From the IMG/VR virus record IMGVR_UViG_3300027833_000012, positions 1-48,256 of that record: a stretch of DNA of 48,256 bases. One strand, 5' to 3'. Below the pieces are notes generated by a model that was given only the letters and a program-made list of their open reading frames with translations, was not told the origin of the DNA and ran no database searches. This document shows positions 1-9,374 of this stretch, one piece after another (the first letter of the stretch is position 1; the number at the start of each line of letters is the position of its first letter). Source of the stretch: a virus. Lineage: Duplodnaviria; Heunggongvirae; Uroviricota; Caudoviricetes. Made by a program: the position numbers and the translations under genes.

Positions 1-215
1 ATATTATGTGCTAAATTAGGTTTAACACCTACTAGCTCAGAATTTCTTTTATTATAAAACTCTAACAAATTAGTTCTATTCTTATGCCAAGCATCAATTG
101 TTGCCACTTCTTCAACCTTAACATTATTCCAAGTAGAATTTGCCCCACCTCTGAAAGTTTCTATACCAGATTCTGCTGAAATACCAGCTCCAGTAAAAAT
201 TACTATTTTTTTCAT
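1..215 (-). CDS. cobB: Sir2/CobB-family NAD-dependent deacylase, N-terminal part (runs off the left edge; missing from ORF track)
   Basis: Manual translation from ATG at 215: MKKIVIFTGAGISAESGIETFRGGANSTWNNVKVEEVATIDAWHKNRTNLLEFYNKRNSELVGVKPNLAHN, containing the sirtuin GAGISAESG-x-TFR motif. Confidence 0.88.
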   Translation of the reverse strand, partial: MKKIVIFTGAGISAESGIETFRGGANSTWNNVKVEEVATIDAWHKNRTNLLEFYNKRNSELVGVKPNLAHN

Positions 216-766
216 AATTTATCGTATTTTAAAATACCCTTTAATGTGTCAGCAAATCTTTCATCATGTATTGACTCAGCCATTGATTTCATTTCACCAC
301 CATACCTATACATTGAGATTGTATTTTCTAAACGCTTAACTAACCTTCTATGCTTGAAAATTGGTTTAACTAAGGTCCAATCAGTATCACCATCAAACCC
401 AGCTTTATCATCAAACAATACATTCATATAAGGTTTAGTGTCGTAACAACCATAACCATTAGCTTGTGTCTTAACCTCTGGGTTAACATTAACATATTCA
501 AAGTTAATACCATAACTTTTAAATAATTTAACATATTCTTCGATTTCATGTGGGTGTGAACATGTATACATGATTAAACATATATCATCCATATCACTAA
601 TCATCTTTAATACTTCCCTTGCGTCTGGGTAAAATTCTTTAGGTATATTACCCGCTTGGTAATTAGGTTTAATTACTGTTGAATGTAAGTCTACAAGGTA
701 GAATATTTTATCCCAAACTCTATCTTCCATCGCAGTAAAACCGTTATGTATTGCTCTTGCTATCAT
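212..766 (-). CDS. HAD-superfamily hydrolase-like protein
   Basis: N-terminal VDLHSTV (DxxxT-like motif I) and C-terminal VLFDDKAG (motif IV-like). Confidence 0.5.
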   Translation of the reverse strand: MIARAIHNGFTAMEDRVWDKIFYLVDLHSTVIKPNYQAGNIPKEFYPDAREVLKMISDMDDICLIMYTCSHPHEIEEYVKLFKSYGINFEYVNVNPEVKTQANGYGCYDTKPYMNVLFDDKAGFDGDTDWTLVKPIFKHRRLVKRLENTISMYRYGGEMKSMAESIHDERFADTLKGILKYDKL

Positions 767-768
767 AT

Positions 769-951
769 TTATTTTTTTATATAATTTTTATAATCAATTC
801 TTTTCATGGAGTAAAATGTACCTTCGTGTTCAAAAAACATAACATCACCAATATAGGAAATTTTATCCATTTTCCAAGTTAATATTTCCTTAACTTCAAT
901 ATTTATTTCCCCAGAGTTAGCAATCCCTAACCTTAATGTTTTTTTATTCAT
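769..951 (-). CDS. hypothetical protein
   Basis: 60-aa ORF tightly packed in the operon. Confidence 0.6.
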   Translation of the reverse strand: MNKKTLRLGIANSGEINIEVKEILTWKMDKISYIGDVMFFEHEGTFYSMKRIDYKNYIKK

Positions 952-963
952 TATATTAATTTA

Positions 964-1416
964 CTATGTCCAAATTATTTCAACACCACATTCTTTCAAC
1001 ATTATTATAGATTCAACCCAAGATTCACCCCACTTTTTATGGTTGAAATCAGGCTTAGGTGCGTATATTTTTTTAACACCAACTTGTATTAACCCTCTAG
1101 TACAATCTATACAAGGAAAGTATGTGACAAAAGCATTACTACCCTTTAAACTAATACCATTTCTAGCGGCATTGTATATTGCATTCCTTTCCGAATGCTC
1201 CGTCCACATATATTTGCTCGGTTTTTCATACCTTCTCTGGTCAGTATCATCGTCGGCACCTCTAGGGAACCCATTATATCCCCTAGATAATACATCATTT
1301 TCATCATTAGTTATAACACAACCAACTTTAGTACCCTTATCTTTTGACCACTCAGCAATATACTTAGCGTCGTCAACGAACCTTTGTTCCCATTTATTTA
1401 ATTTCTTTTTCTCCAT
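964..1416 (-). CDS. dCMP deaminase (ComEB/T4 Cd family)
   Basis: HSERNAI and PCIDC zinc motifs, KVGCVI and GYNGFPRG. Confidence 0.92.
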   Translation of the reverse strand: MEKKKLNKWEQRFVDDAKYIAEWSKDKGTKVGCVITNDENDVLSRGYNGFPRGADDDTDQRRYEKPSKYMWTEHSERNAIYNAARNGISLKGSNAFVTYFPCIDCTRGLIQVGVKKIYAPKPDFNHKKWGESWVESIIMLKECGVEIIWT

Positions 1417-1579
1417 TAACTTTTTGTATTTTTATTGGTATTACCGTCCAAGTTTCATCTGGATATTTAACTTGGAACGAAAACTTTATCTTATCTAGGT
1501 CATGCTGTGTTAAATAAATTATTAACCACAATAATTTACTATATAATTTAGCTTGCCATTTATTTTTAAAACTAACCAT
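1394..1579 (-). CDS. hypothetical protein
   Basis: 61-aa ORF in operon context. Confidence 0.5.
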   Translation of the reverse strand: MVSFKNKWQAKLYSKLLWLIIYLTQHDLDKIKFSFQVKYPDETWTVIPIKIQKVNGEKEIK

Positions 1580-1583
1580 ATAA

Positions 1584-1811
1584 TTAACTTGTCGTTAATG
1601 ATTTACCAAAAGTAATTAGAAAAATACCCACAACAATTGCAATAATATCCTTAAAAACCATAAACATAATATCAATTACTAACTCTTTAGGTGTAATGGT
1701 TTCAAAGTTAACAATAACGTCATATATTTGAAACCCTAATATAAAGATACCCCCTAATACTGCTATCAAAATACCAAGTATCATTAGTACAAATCCTAAT
1801 ACATTTTTCAT
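1584..1811 (-). CDS. small two-TM membrane protein
   Basis: Two hydrophobic stretches. Confidence 0.6.
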   Translation of the reverse strand: MKNVLGFVLMILGILIAVLGGIFILGFQIYDVIVNFETITPKELVIDIMFMVFKDIIAIVVGIFLITFGKSLTTS

Positions 1812-1823
1812 AATTTATTTATT

Positions 1824-3476
1824 TTAATAGTTATTTTTATCTTTATTTGGGGCATATTTCTCTAATAACTCCAATCTTTTATTAAGAACCTTCTCACTAG
1901 CTGGGTAAAAATTATCACCTCTATTTAAACTCTTAGGCATAAGACTCATTTGCTTATTCTTTCTATCCCTTATTGTTAAGAAGTCATCGTCTTGACCTTC
2001 ACCGAATGGTTTATAAATGTTAGTACCATCAAAGAATGAAACCATAGCATCTTCACCATCTTCATAATCAAAAACAATTGTTGTTTTATTCTTAATAGCT
2101 TCTTCAGAACGTAACAATTTAAATGGTCCTGGTAATGTTGTTTTACCTAAAGTTTCTGAAAATTTAACAACACCAACATCTTCTGAACCCATAGCACATA
2201 AGGCATACTTACCTGATAAGTTATCTCTCTTAAGGTTGTTTCTTCCTCCACCACCTTGTCCGAATAATCCCCAAGCATATGGTGCGTAACCCTTTTCAAT
2301 CATGGCCATCATAATGTCCCACATGTTTTGGTGTGTCATACCATCACCCTCTATAAATCTAAGGGTTGTACCAAAATACCATGTCTTACCATTAATTACT
2401 TCACTAGTACAAAGCCCATTCTTTATAGCTAATTCTATTGTCCAAATAACCTGTTCCAATGCATCCCCAGAATCTGGTCTTGCCACTACAATTTTACCGT
2501 TATTTAACTCAACACTTTTTTGTGCTAAAGGAAGTAACATATTTTCTACAGCATAAAAGTAATCGTTACAGTCGGCTACCATAGAAATAAAAGAATTATC
2601 AGTACAAGAATTGTATATAGCTTGGTAACAGTCATTTTCAAATTCAAAACCTTGTACGTTTCTATGTGCTAAAGCATTTACTGAATTACCAACTGGGGTT
2701 TCACCAGAATTTTTCCAAGCTTGGTATGCACCAGAGCATGTGTCAGTTCCAGGGAATGTGTATAATTGTGCCTTACCCATTATTTCAGATTCTCTAGCAC
2801 AAATACCAGCTCTATCACCAAAGTCAGTTAACATAATTGAGGCTAGGAAAGTTGTTTCCTCATCACTTAAATTTGGATTAACCATGTTAACCATACTTTT
2901 TAATTTAAGTAACCAGTGCTCATTTTGAGTTATCTTTTCTGATACCGCCCAAGTTTGTAATAATTTAGATTCAAACCAAGCTGCTAATATACCCATTCCA
3001 TCAACATCACAAACTATTTGCATGTAAGGTTCATTTGGATACACAACAGAACCTTCTGGTAATGCTTTAATCTTAATTGGTGGACGACCATTAAATTCAT
3101 CTACCACTCTTCTCCATATATTTTCTGGGAATTCATACTCAGATAAGCCATTTGGACCTACTTTAAAGGTGGATAAGAATCTTTTGGTATCATCAATCTC
3201 TTGGTGAGTAATCGGCTCATAGAACAGTTCTTCTAGGATATCACCTAGACCACCAAAAATGATTCTATTATCACCCTCAGTGTAAATTGCAGAATCGATT
3301 GTGATTAATTGTTTTCTAAATACACAGTAATATGTTGACTTATTTTTAACTAATTCACTCTCAAATTTATTTGAACCAACTGTATATGCATCAGCAGTTA
3401 ACAATCTAGGTGTCTTATAAATTTTCTTATTAGGTAAAATAACTTCTCTTTTGATTTCCTTTACTTCTATACTCAT
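1824..3476 (-). CDS. nadV: nicotinamide phosphoribosyltransferase (NAMPT/NadV)
   Basis: LLTADAY, DFGDRAG, AHRNVQ, ARPDSGD, GQGGGG and LKRD motifs; adjacent to NMNAT-Nudix. Confidence 0.88.
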   Translation of the reverse strand: MSIEVKEIKREVILPNKKIYKTPRLLTADAYTVGSNKFESELVKNKSTYYCVFRKQLITIDSAIYTEGDNRIIFGGLGDILEELFYEPITHQEIDDTKRFLSTFKVGPNGLSEYEFPENIWRRVVDEFNGRPPIKIKALPEGSVVYPNEPYMQIVCDVDGMGILAAWFESKLLQTWAVSEKITQNEHWLLKLKSMVNMVNPNLSDEETTFLASIMLTDFGDRAGICARESEIMGKAQLYTFPGTDTCSGAYQAWKNSGETPVGNSVNALAHRNVQGFEFENDCYQAIYNSCTDNSFISMVADCNDYFYAVENMLLPLAQKSVELNNGKIVVARPDSGDALEQVIWTIELAIKNGLCTSEVINGKTWYFGTTLRFIEGDGMTHQNMWDIMMAMIEKGYAPYAWGLFGQGGGGRNNLKRDNLSGKYALCAMGSEDVGVVKFSETLGKTTLPGPFKLLRSEEAIKNKTTIVFDYEDGEDAMVSFFDGTNIYKPFGEGQDDDFLTIRDRKNKQMSLMPKSLNRGDNFYPASEKVLNKRLELLEKYAPNKDKNNY

Positions 3477-3498
3477 TTAATATCTTTTTTTGTTAATA

Positions 3499-3506
3499 CA
3501 AATATA
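3499..3506 (-). promoter_or_regulatory. Bacteroidota sigma-A type -7 element (TATATTTG), representative of about 27 similar sites
   Basis: TAnnTTTG on the minus strand just upstream of gene blocks; also at 5062, 6686, 7981, 9901, 10354, 16863, 18079, 18680, 25782, 28273, 30173, 31530, 33562, 39482, 42475, 44050 and 47528. Confidence 0.8.
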
Positions 3507-3530
3507 CATCTTTTATTTCAATTTTACAAA

Positions 3531-4070
3531 TTAAATAGGGTAGTATTTAACTATTTCCTTTAATATATTTTCTTCAACCATTGTATCACCTATAATTTCT
3601 TTATAATCTATTTTAAAGTCAGACAATAAACCTCTAACATTATCATCTACAATTTTTGCTTCATCATTTGTTTGAGTTCTACCCTTTGGGTTGTAAGGTT
3701 TATCTCTTATTATGAAAAAATTTAAAGTATTAACATCATCTCTGTGATGTTCAGCACACGCTAATTGCTTTAGTATTGGTGATGTCTTAGTCCAATCACA
3801 ATACACCATACCCATTACTGGTGGTGAGTCAGTTATTATAATATCAACCTTACCCTTAAGTCTAAATATCCTATTATGCTGTTCACCATATATGTGAATT
3901 TGATTATCTAAAGTTTTAAGATTCTCACCCCAAACTAAATCTTTAGCATATTCTTGAACATATTCACAATTTACACCCCTCTTTTTTAGTTTATTAAATA
4001 AACCAGATGCTGTTGTTGATTTACCACTCCCTGGTCCACCAAACAAATTAATTACAATTGTTTTATCCAT
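3531..4070 (-). CDS. P-loop kinase, NadR C-terminal/AAA_28-like (possible nicotinamide riboside kinase)
   Basis: GGPGSGKST Walker A, EYVQEYAKDLVW, IITDSP; located between NAMPT and NadM. Confidence 0.7.
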   Translation of the reverse strand: MDKTIVINLFGGPGSGKSTTASGLFNKLKKRGVNCEYVQEYAKDLVWGENLKTLDNQIHIYGEQHNRIFRLKGKVDIIITDSPPVMGMVYCDWTKTSPILKQLACAEHHRDDVNTLNFFIIRDKPYNPKGRTQTNDEAKIVDDNVRGLLSDFKIDYKEIIGDTMVEENILKEIVKYYPI

Positions 4071-4071
4071 A

Positions 4072-5037
4072 TTACTTTTTATTAAAAAAAGGTTCTTTAA
4101 AGTATATATTATTTTTAATTATCTTTAATAGTGGTATGTGTTCTTCCATAATGGTATCTTCACTTAACATATCGAAATCGAATAGTTTACATTCAACTAT
4201 ATCATCTGAAGCCTCAAGTTTTTTAATATCCCATATTTCACCACAAAATAATGATGTCATGATAGTATCACGTTCTCCACGATATCTCCAATCATCAATT
4301 TTTGTTGACCCTAAGAAAGTTAAAGATTTTAAATCACACTTAGTCTCTTCTTTGAATTCCCTAAGAGCAGCATCTTCTAATGAATCATCTGTTGTGTCAA
4401 CATAACCACCTATAAATCTAAACTTAGGTTCGTTTTGTTTTCTACCCATTAGTATTTTACCTTCCCTAGTCCAACCTATAACATCAACAGTTGGATTAGG
4501 TTTAGCATATCTACCAAAATTAGCCTTAATTACACCTTCACGACCACTTAATGAAGTGATTCTAGTCTTAGAAGTTTCTAATCTAATTTCAGTTGCAGAG
4601 ATGGCTTTGGTACGGGTACCAGATAATTCTATGGTTTCATACTTACCCTCATAGTATGGTATGAATGAATCTCTACCACCATATAAAACAGCTGATGAAT
4701 TACCAAAAGCGTTAGATATTTGAGTATCTAATTTATTAGACCAAATATCATCGTATCGTTCATCAAGTTGTGGTAATATTACGATATTATCGTTACAGTA
4801 ATGCTGTTCTATCATAATTTTCCTAGTTAAAAAATCCAATGGATTTTTTTCTGTTTGAGTAACTCTAGAGACCCCTAAGAAAATTATAACACTATTATGT
4901 TTAGAAATAACATATTCTATTAGTTCTCTGTGTTTTTCGTGTAGGTAAGGTGTTTGAAAACGTCCTACAATGACACCTACATCTATGTTTGAAGTATCAA
5001 TTGAACCGTCAATTGGTTTTAGTTTATATATCTCCAT
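4072..5037 (-). CDS. nadM: bifunctional NMN adenylyltransferase / Nudix (ADP-ribose) hydrolase
   Basis: GRFQ-x3-H-x2-H nucleotidyltransferase motif, ISATEIR, Nudix box GGYVDTTDDSLEDAALREFKEET. Confidence 0.9.
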   Translation of the reverse strand: MEIYKLKPIDGSIDTSNIDVGVIVGRFQTPYLHEKHRELIEYVISKHNSVIIFLGVSRVTQTEKNPLDFLTRKIMIEQHYCNDNIVILPQLDERYDDIWSNKLDTQISNAFGNSSAVLYGGRDSFIPYYEGKYETIELSGTRTKAISATEIRLETSKTRITSLSGREGVIKANFGRYAKPNPTVDVIGWTREGKILMGRKQNEPKFRFIGGYVDTTDDSLEDAALREFKEETKCDLKSLTFLGSTKIDDWRYRGERDTIMTSLFCGEIWDIKKLEASDDIVECKLFDFDMLSEDTIMEEHIPLLKIIKNNIYFKEPFFNKK

Positions 5038-5071
5038 ATTTATATCTTATTAAAGTTTACACAAAGATACT

Positions 5072-5104
5072 AAAAAAAAATGACTAAAGCAAAAACTTTA
5101 GTCA
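5072..5104 (-). terminator. intrinsic terminator
   Basis: TGACTAAAG/CTTTAGTCA hairpin followed by a T-run on the minus strand. Confidence 0.75.
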
Positions 5105-5238
5105 CTAAATAATAATGAAATTAATAAAAATATTATACCTAACCATTTTAGTTTAAGGTAAAAACATATCATAGATATGGTAAATATTGGGGCTATAAAA
5201 ACCCCAAATATCGCTAGTATTATAAATAACCCCAACAT
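5098..5238 (-). CDS. 46-aa hydrophobic membrane peptide (not in ORF track)
   Basis: Manual translation MLGLFIILAIFGVFIAPIFTISMICFYLKLKWLGIIFLLISLLFSD; fills the gap after 5240..5824. Confidence 0.6.
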   Translation of the reverse strand: MLGLFIILAIFGVFIAPIFTISMICFYLKLKWLGIIFLLISLLFSD

Positions 5239-5239
5239 A

Positions 5240-5824
5240 TTAATTGTCGAACTTTTCTCTAAGTGCTTTTAATTGTGGTAAATCACCCAATGCGTAAGTT
5301 GCACTAGCATCACTCTTCTTTAGGTGTTTATTGATAACATTTTGAACTTCAACATTTTGTATATTTTCACCCCTCTTATAAAATTCTTTTTTGTTAATGT
5401 TTTTCAATAACCAAGAAACATGTTTGTCACCAAGCAATACTTTAGTGATAATCCATTCATGTAGTGCTCTATAAGTATTTATAGATAAAAACGTATCAGT
5501 CTTACTTCCTTGAACTGCTAAACTTCTATCACCAACTAGTTTAGCCATAGGTGACTCAACATTTGAATTTTCATCAAACATAGTGTGTAAGTGTTTAAAG
5601 AAGTTTTCTTTAAATTCTTCACTTTGTATTCCATCAAGTATATCCCCAACTGAAATTAAAGATTCATTAGTTATGGCACACTTGAATTTACCCTTTGGTT
5701 TCATGAAAACCTTATCCATTTTTTTCTCAGGAAAATAAGACCTGATTAAGTGGTTTAAGAACCCCTTACTCTTTTCATTAGATAATAATTCATCTAATTT
5801 TTTAAAGATGTTTTCTTTAATCAT
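5240..5824 (-). CDS. hypothetical protein
   Basis: 194-aa ORF, no recognised motif. Confidence 0.7.
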   Translation of the reverse strand: MIKENIFKKLDELLSNEKSKGFLNHLIRSYFPEKKMDKVFMKPKGKFKCAITNESLISVGDILDGIQSEEFKENFFKHLHTMFDENSNVESPMAKLVGDRSLAVQGSKTDTFLSINTYRALHEWIITKVLLGDKHVSWLLKNINKKEFYKRGENIQNVEVQNVINKHLKKSDASATYALGDLPQLKALREKFDN

Positions 5825-5839
5825 ATTTAATTTATATAT

Positions 5840-6247
5840 TTAGTTTTGTAATAATTTTCTAACTAATGTTGATGCAAGTTTACCATCATATTGACCAGGA
5901 AATTCTTCCTTCAAAAATGTCATCAACACACCCATACTTTTCATACCTTCAATATTATTATCTCTAATGTAGTTTGATAAGTAAGATGTTAAGTCTTCTT
6001 CTGACATTTGACTTGGTACGTACCTATTTAATATTTCCATTTCAGTTTCTGTTAGACAAGAAACTCCATCCTTATCTAATGATTTCTTAACCATAGACTT
6101 TAATTTAGCTACAACATCAGCATCATCTGGTGTTTTATTATCCCTAGTAACTTCTGATTTTAAAAAGCCTAAATAATCTTTTTCTTCCATTCTCTTAGCT
6201 TTATAAGCTAACATGAAATCTTTACTAATTTTGTCAATAATTTTCAT
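5840..6247 (-). CDS. GatB/YqeY domain protein
   Basis: AYKAK...LKSEV N-terminus and MKSMGVLM...GQYDGKLASTLVRKLL C-terminus typical of YqeY. Confidence 0.8.
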   Translation of the reverse strand: MKIIDKISKDFMLAYKAKRMEEKDYLGFLKSEVTRDNKTPDDADVVAKLKSMVKKSLDKDGVSCLTETEMEILNRYVPSQMSEEDLTSYLSNYIRDNNIEGMKSMGVLMTFLKEEFPGQYDGKLASTLVRKLLQN

Positions 6248-6655
6248 TTATTTAATTTTAAGATAAAAATGATAACCAATATCATTTTCTGTTGAATAAT
6301 ATACCCATTTAACTTCACCTCTTTGAACTTTATCACCCATATCTTTAAACTTACTAGGTTTAGACCTTTCACTAACTTTAACATAATCAGCTGGATTATG
6401 ACTCCTTTTAGAATACTTGTTCATGGTTTTAACTTCCGATTTAACCAATGAAGCATCTTTAGGTGGTGCTGACTTATTTAAGTTTCTCTTACGAGTTGTA
6501 GGTTTTTTAATAACCTTTTTACTTACAACTTCTTTAGGTTTCTTATTAGTAGTTTTTTTAGTTACGGTGCTAGTTTTTTTCTTAGTAGGTGCTTTCTTAG
6601 TAGTGGGTTTAACTACTTTTTTACTTGCCGTTTTCTTTACAACTTTTTTTGCCAT
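6248..6655 (-). CDS. Lys-rich basic (histone H1-like N-terminus) protein
   Basis: AKKVVKKTASKKVVKPTTKKAPTKKK low-complexity segment. Confidence 0.55.
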   Translation of the reverse strand: MAKKVVKKTASKKVVKPTTKKAPTKKKTSTVTKKTTNKKPKEVVSKKVIKKPTTRKRNLNKSAPPKDASLVKSEVKTMNKYSKRSHNPADYVKVSERSKPSKFKDMGDKVQRGEVKWVYYSTENDIGYHFYLKIK

Positions 6656-6744
6656 ATATTATAACTATTTGTAATATCTTATAGTCAAATATACGCATTA
6701 ATTTAAATAAAATAAAGTATTTAACTTATTTTATTCTTGATAAT

Positions 6745-6879
6745 TTAATACCTTCTAATCATTACTTTGTCTATTTTAAAAAAATCCTTAATCTTTGTAA
6801 ATAAAAGAAAAATCTTAACTTTTATTTTACTCTTTAATGGAATCTCTTTAAGTGTCTTCTCTAGTGTTTTATTTCTCAT
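6745..6879 (-). CDS. 44-aa basic hypothetical protein (not in ORF track)
   Basis: Manual translation MRNKTLEKTLKEIPLKSKIKVKIFLLFTKIKDFFKIDKVMIRRY; overlaps the stop of the upstream gene. Confidence 0.4.
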   Translation of the reverse strand: MRNKTLEKTLKEIPLKSKIKVKIFLLFTKIKDFFKIDKVMIRRY

Positions 6880-7111
6880 CTTTTAATATGTAATCTTTAT
6901 TAAACATCCCAAAAATAAACCCTCGAACCCATTCGTGACTTTGTTTTTTAATAAATACATCATTTATTTTGTTTACTAAATCTAAATATTTTTCGGAACC
7001 TACTAAATACTCAATGGTGTAATTTCCATCTCTCTTTTCTGTGTATATTAACACATCTTTATAGTTGTAACATACTACAATATCTGATGCTTTGTTTTTC
7101 TTATTTAACAT
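6869..7111 (-). CDS. hypothetical protein
   Basis: 80-aa ORF in an overlapping gene chain. Confidence 0.55.
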   Translation of the reverse strand: MLNKKNKASDIVVCYNYKDVLIYTEKRDGNYTIEYLVGSEKYLDLVNKINDVFIKKQSHEWVRGFIFGMFNKDYILKDEK

Positions 7112-7308
7112 ATAAATTTATCACATAATTCATCTAAAGTGTTCTCTATTTCACTAATTTTACCTTTTAAATAACCCATATCGAAACCCCCATGATATGT
7201 GTATTTAGTTTCATTACCGTTATGTTTTGATTCTAGTAATTTTTTTTGCACAATTAATCTATTCAATCGCCTTTTAAGCTTCTCTGTGTTAATGGTTTTA
7301 TCCTTCAT
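7105..7308 (-). CDS. hypothetical protein
   Basis: 67-aa ORF in an overlapping gene chain. Confidence 0.6.
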   Translation of the reverse strand: MKDKTINTEKLKRRLNRLIVQKKLLESKHNGNETKYTYHGGFDMGYLKGKISEIENTLDELCDKFIC

Positions 7309-7462
7309 AAGTTGTATTTTTATCAGTTAATTTTTTGTATTCGTATTCCATTGATTCTAAACTACCAGTATCTATGGTGATATTATATTTAAAAATCCAC
7401 CAAGTAACTTCTTTTGTTAGATAAAATAAACCATTATCATACATTTTTATATTATAAACCAT
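7298..7462 (-). CDS. 54-aa hypothetical protein (not in ORF track)
   Basis: Manual translation MVYNIKMYDNGLFYLTKEVTWWIFKYNITIDTGSLESMEYEYKKLTDKNTTYEG fills the gap. Confidence 0.5.
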   Translation of the reverse strand: MVYNIKMYDNGLFYLTKEVTWWIFKYNITIDTGSLESMEYEYKKLTDKNTTYEG

Positions 7463-7468
7463 ATAATA

Positions 7469-7771
7469 TTATTTAAATTGTTCTAAGACTTCCTTACCAA
7501 TTTCACTAATGAAATAAGTAGGGTGCCAGGCATCCATATAATCAGTAACTAAATTGTATTTAGCTAATTCATAAATTAACTCTAATGTTCCACGATGATT
7601 TCTACTTAAAAACCATTCTTCAGTTCTACCATGTTCTAAATGTATGTCAGACTTTAAAAACTCTTCTAAAGTTTCATATCGATTATCCCTATACTCAGCA
7701 TAAGTTATTGTGTTTAACTCTTTCAACAAGTCTAATGCCGCTTCTGATAATTTAATTGTAATACTAACCAT
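7469..7771 (-). CDS. hypothetical protein
   Basis: 100-aa ORF. Confidence 0.65.
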   Translation of the reverse strand: MVSITIKLSEAALDLLKELNTITYAEYRDNRYETLEEFLKSDIHLEHGRTEEWFLSRNHRGTLELIYELAKYNLVTDYMDAWHPTYFISEIGKEVLEQFK

Positions 7772-7774
7772 AAT

Positions 7775-7963
7775 TTAATCTTTTGTTTTATCGTAAATAA
7801 AGATTATACTAATTACTGTTAAAATAAAACCACTCCAAAATGTTCCAACAGCTTCAACCTTCACCATGATTAATTCATTAAGACACCACCATCTCCAATA
7901 TGCTATATTAGCAAATAAAATTATAAAACAAATTGTGTAATTTAAATATTCTTTAGTATCCAT
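7775..7963 (-). CDS. small membrane protein
   Basis: Two hydrophobic segments; follows the promoter at 7981. Confidence 0.6.
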   Translation of the reverse strand: MDTKEYLNYTICFIILFANIAYWRWWCLNELIMVKVEAVGTFWSGFILTVISIIFIYDKTKD

Positions 7964-8019
7964 AATCTTTATATTTTTAACAAATATATGAATAATTATG
8001 GATACTCACAAGTTTAATA

Positions 8020-8775
8020 CTACTTTTTTTTGATATTTTTAAAACAAATTGATAAACCTATAACACAAGAGAATAAAAATATGTAAAGGCCAGTAATATA
8101 ACCACCACTAGGTTGGTTCAAAGTAATATGTAAATCATATATACCATGTAATACTGATGCGACTATAAGTCCAGTTGTGTATAGTAAAACTTTTCTAATT
8201 TTTTTAAATTTATTTAAGAATGCACCAGATATGGAATTATTAACCAATTTAGTTATATCACTCTTAGCTATAAAGTAACCCATATAAAGACCAAATATTA
8301 AGTGTGCAACATTCGCAGTAAATGAACGCCAAAATATCATTTGAAATGGTGTAGTTGTACTTAACGCATAAAAAACATTCTCAACACCAGCAAATCCTAG
8401 TGCGACAATACCACAATAAACCATTGTTGCCGTTGGTGAATTTACTATAGGGTTTTTAAGTGATTTTAGGTAGTAGGTTATTGAAGTGAATGTGACTAAC
8501 TTACAAAATTCTTCGCCAACACCCACTTCTATGAAATACTTAACATGTTGGTATGAGAAATTATCGATGAATCTATTTGTTAATGTGTTAGCTAGATTAC
8601 CCCAAAATGGTAATAAATCATCTAAGGTTAATAATAGACCAACCGATAAGGTTCCAAATATAAAATATATTAATAATTTCTTTATTGTAACCACATTATA
8701 AGGTAAATTAAAATAAAAATATAAGCAATAGATTATTGCTGGTAAAAACGAACATAAAAAAATAACTACTTCCAT
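8020..8775 (-). CDS. prsW: PrsW-family intramembrane glutamic protease
   Basis: GEEFCK, GFAGVENVFY, AHLIFG and LHGIYD motifs in a multi-TM protein. Confidence 0.88.
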   Translation of the reverse strand: MEVVIFLCSFLPAIIYCLYFYFNLPYNVVTIKKLLIYFIFGTLSVGLLLTLDDLLPFWGNLANTLTNRFIDNFSYQHVKYFIEVGVGEEFCKLVTFTSITYYLKSLKNPIVNSPTATMVYCGIVALGFAGVENVFYALSTTTPFQMIFWRSFTANVAHLIFGLYMGYFIAKSDITKLVNNSISGAFLNKFKKIRKVLLYTTGLIVASVLHGIYDLHITLNQPSGGYITGLYIFLFSCVIGLSICFKNIKKK

Positions 8776-8807
8776 ACTTATAAATACGTTTTTAAACCAA
8801 AAAAATA

Positions 8808-9374
8808 TTAATTTTTAAATTTATATTTTTTCTTAGTACCATCAGCCTTACTATAAGTAATACTGATAGGTTTTAATTCAATAACCTCATCATCAGTTAA
8901 GTCTCTAACGTAAGATTCACCCTTACCAGCCTTAACATATGCTATCGTTGCGTGTGCATGATACTCGTCGTAATCACTAGTATAAGGTAATGTCTTTAAC
9001 AAATCATTCATCTTAGTTAAAGATTCATCAACAATGTTAAATTTAACAACATCAAAACCTTTATCTTTATTGTCAAATATATCTATCTTATTTAACTTAA
9101 TTGTAGGTTGTGTTATCTTATCAATTATTTTTTCAACATCTGAATCTGGTACATCTGAATGTATACCATATAATAATGTTATATGTGGTTCATCTTCCCT
9201 TCCATAACCTGGGTCTTCTTTAGTACCCTTATATAATTCATCCTCACTTATTTCACCTTGAATGTTATCATAATCCGTCTTAGATAGTTTTAAATCAAGC
9301 ATAACACACCCATAGCTATAAGTGTTCCCCTTAACTTCATTTAAAATACCATTAAAAATATCACCTATCTTCAT
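8808..9374 (-). CDS. 2H phosphoesterase (Acb1/T4 57B-like or RNA cyclic phosphodiesterase)
   Basis: Two HxT motifs: EPHITLLYG and YHAHATIAY. Confidence 0.82.
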   Translation of the reverse strand: MKIGDIFNGILNEVKGNTYSYGCVMLDLKLSKTDYDNIQGEISEDELYKGTKEDPGYGREDEPHITLLYGIHSDVPDSDVEKIIDKITQPTIKLNKIDIFDNKDKGFDVVKFNIVDESLTKMNDLLKTLPYTSDYDEYHAHATIAYVKAGKGESYVRDLTDDEVIELKPISITYSKADGTKKKYKFKN

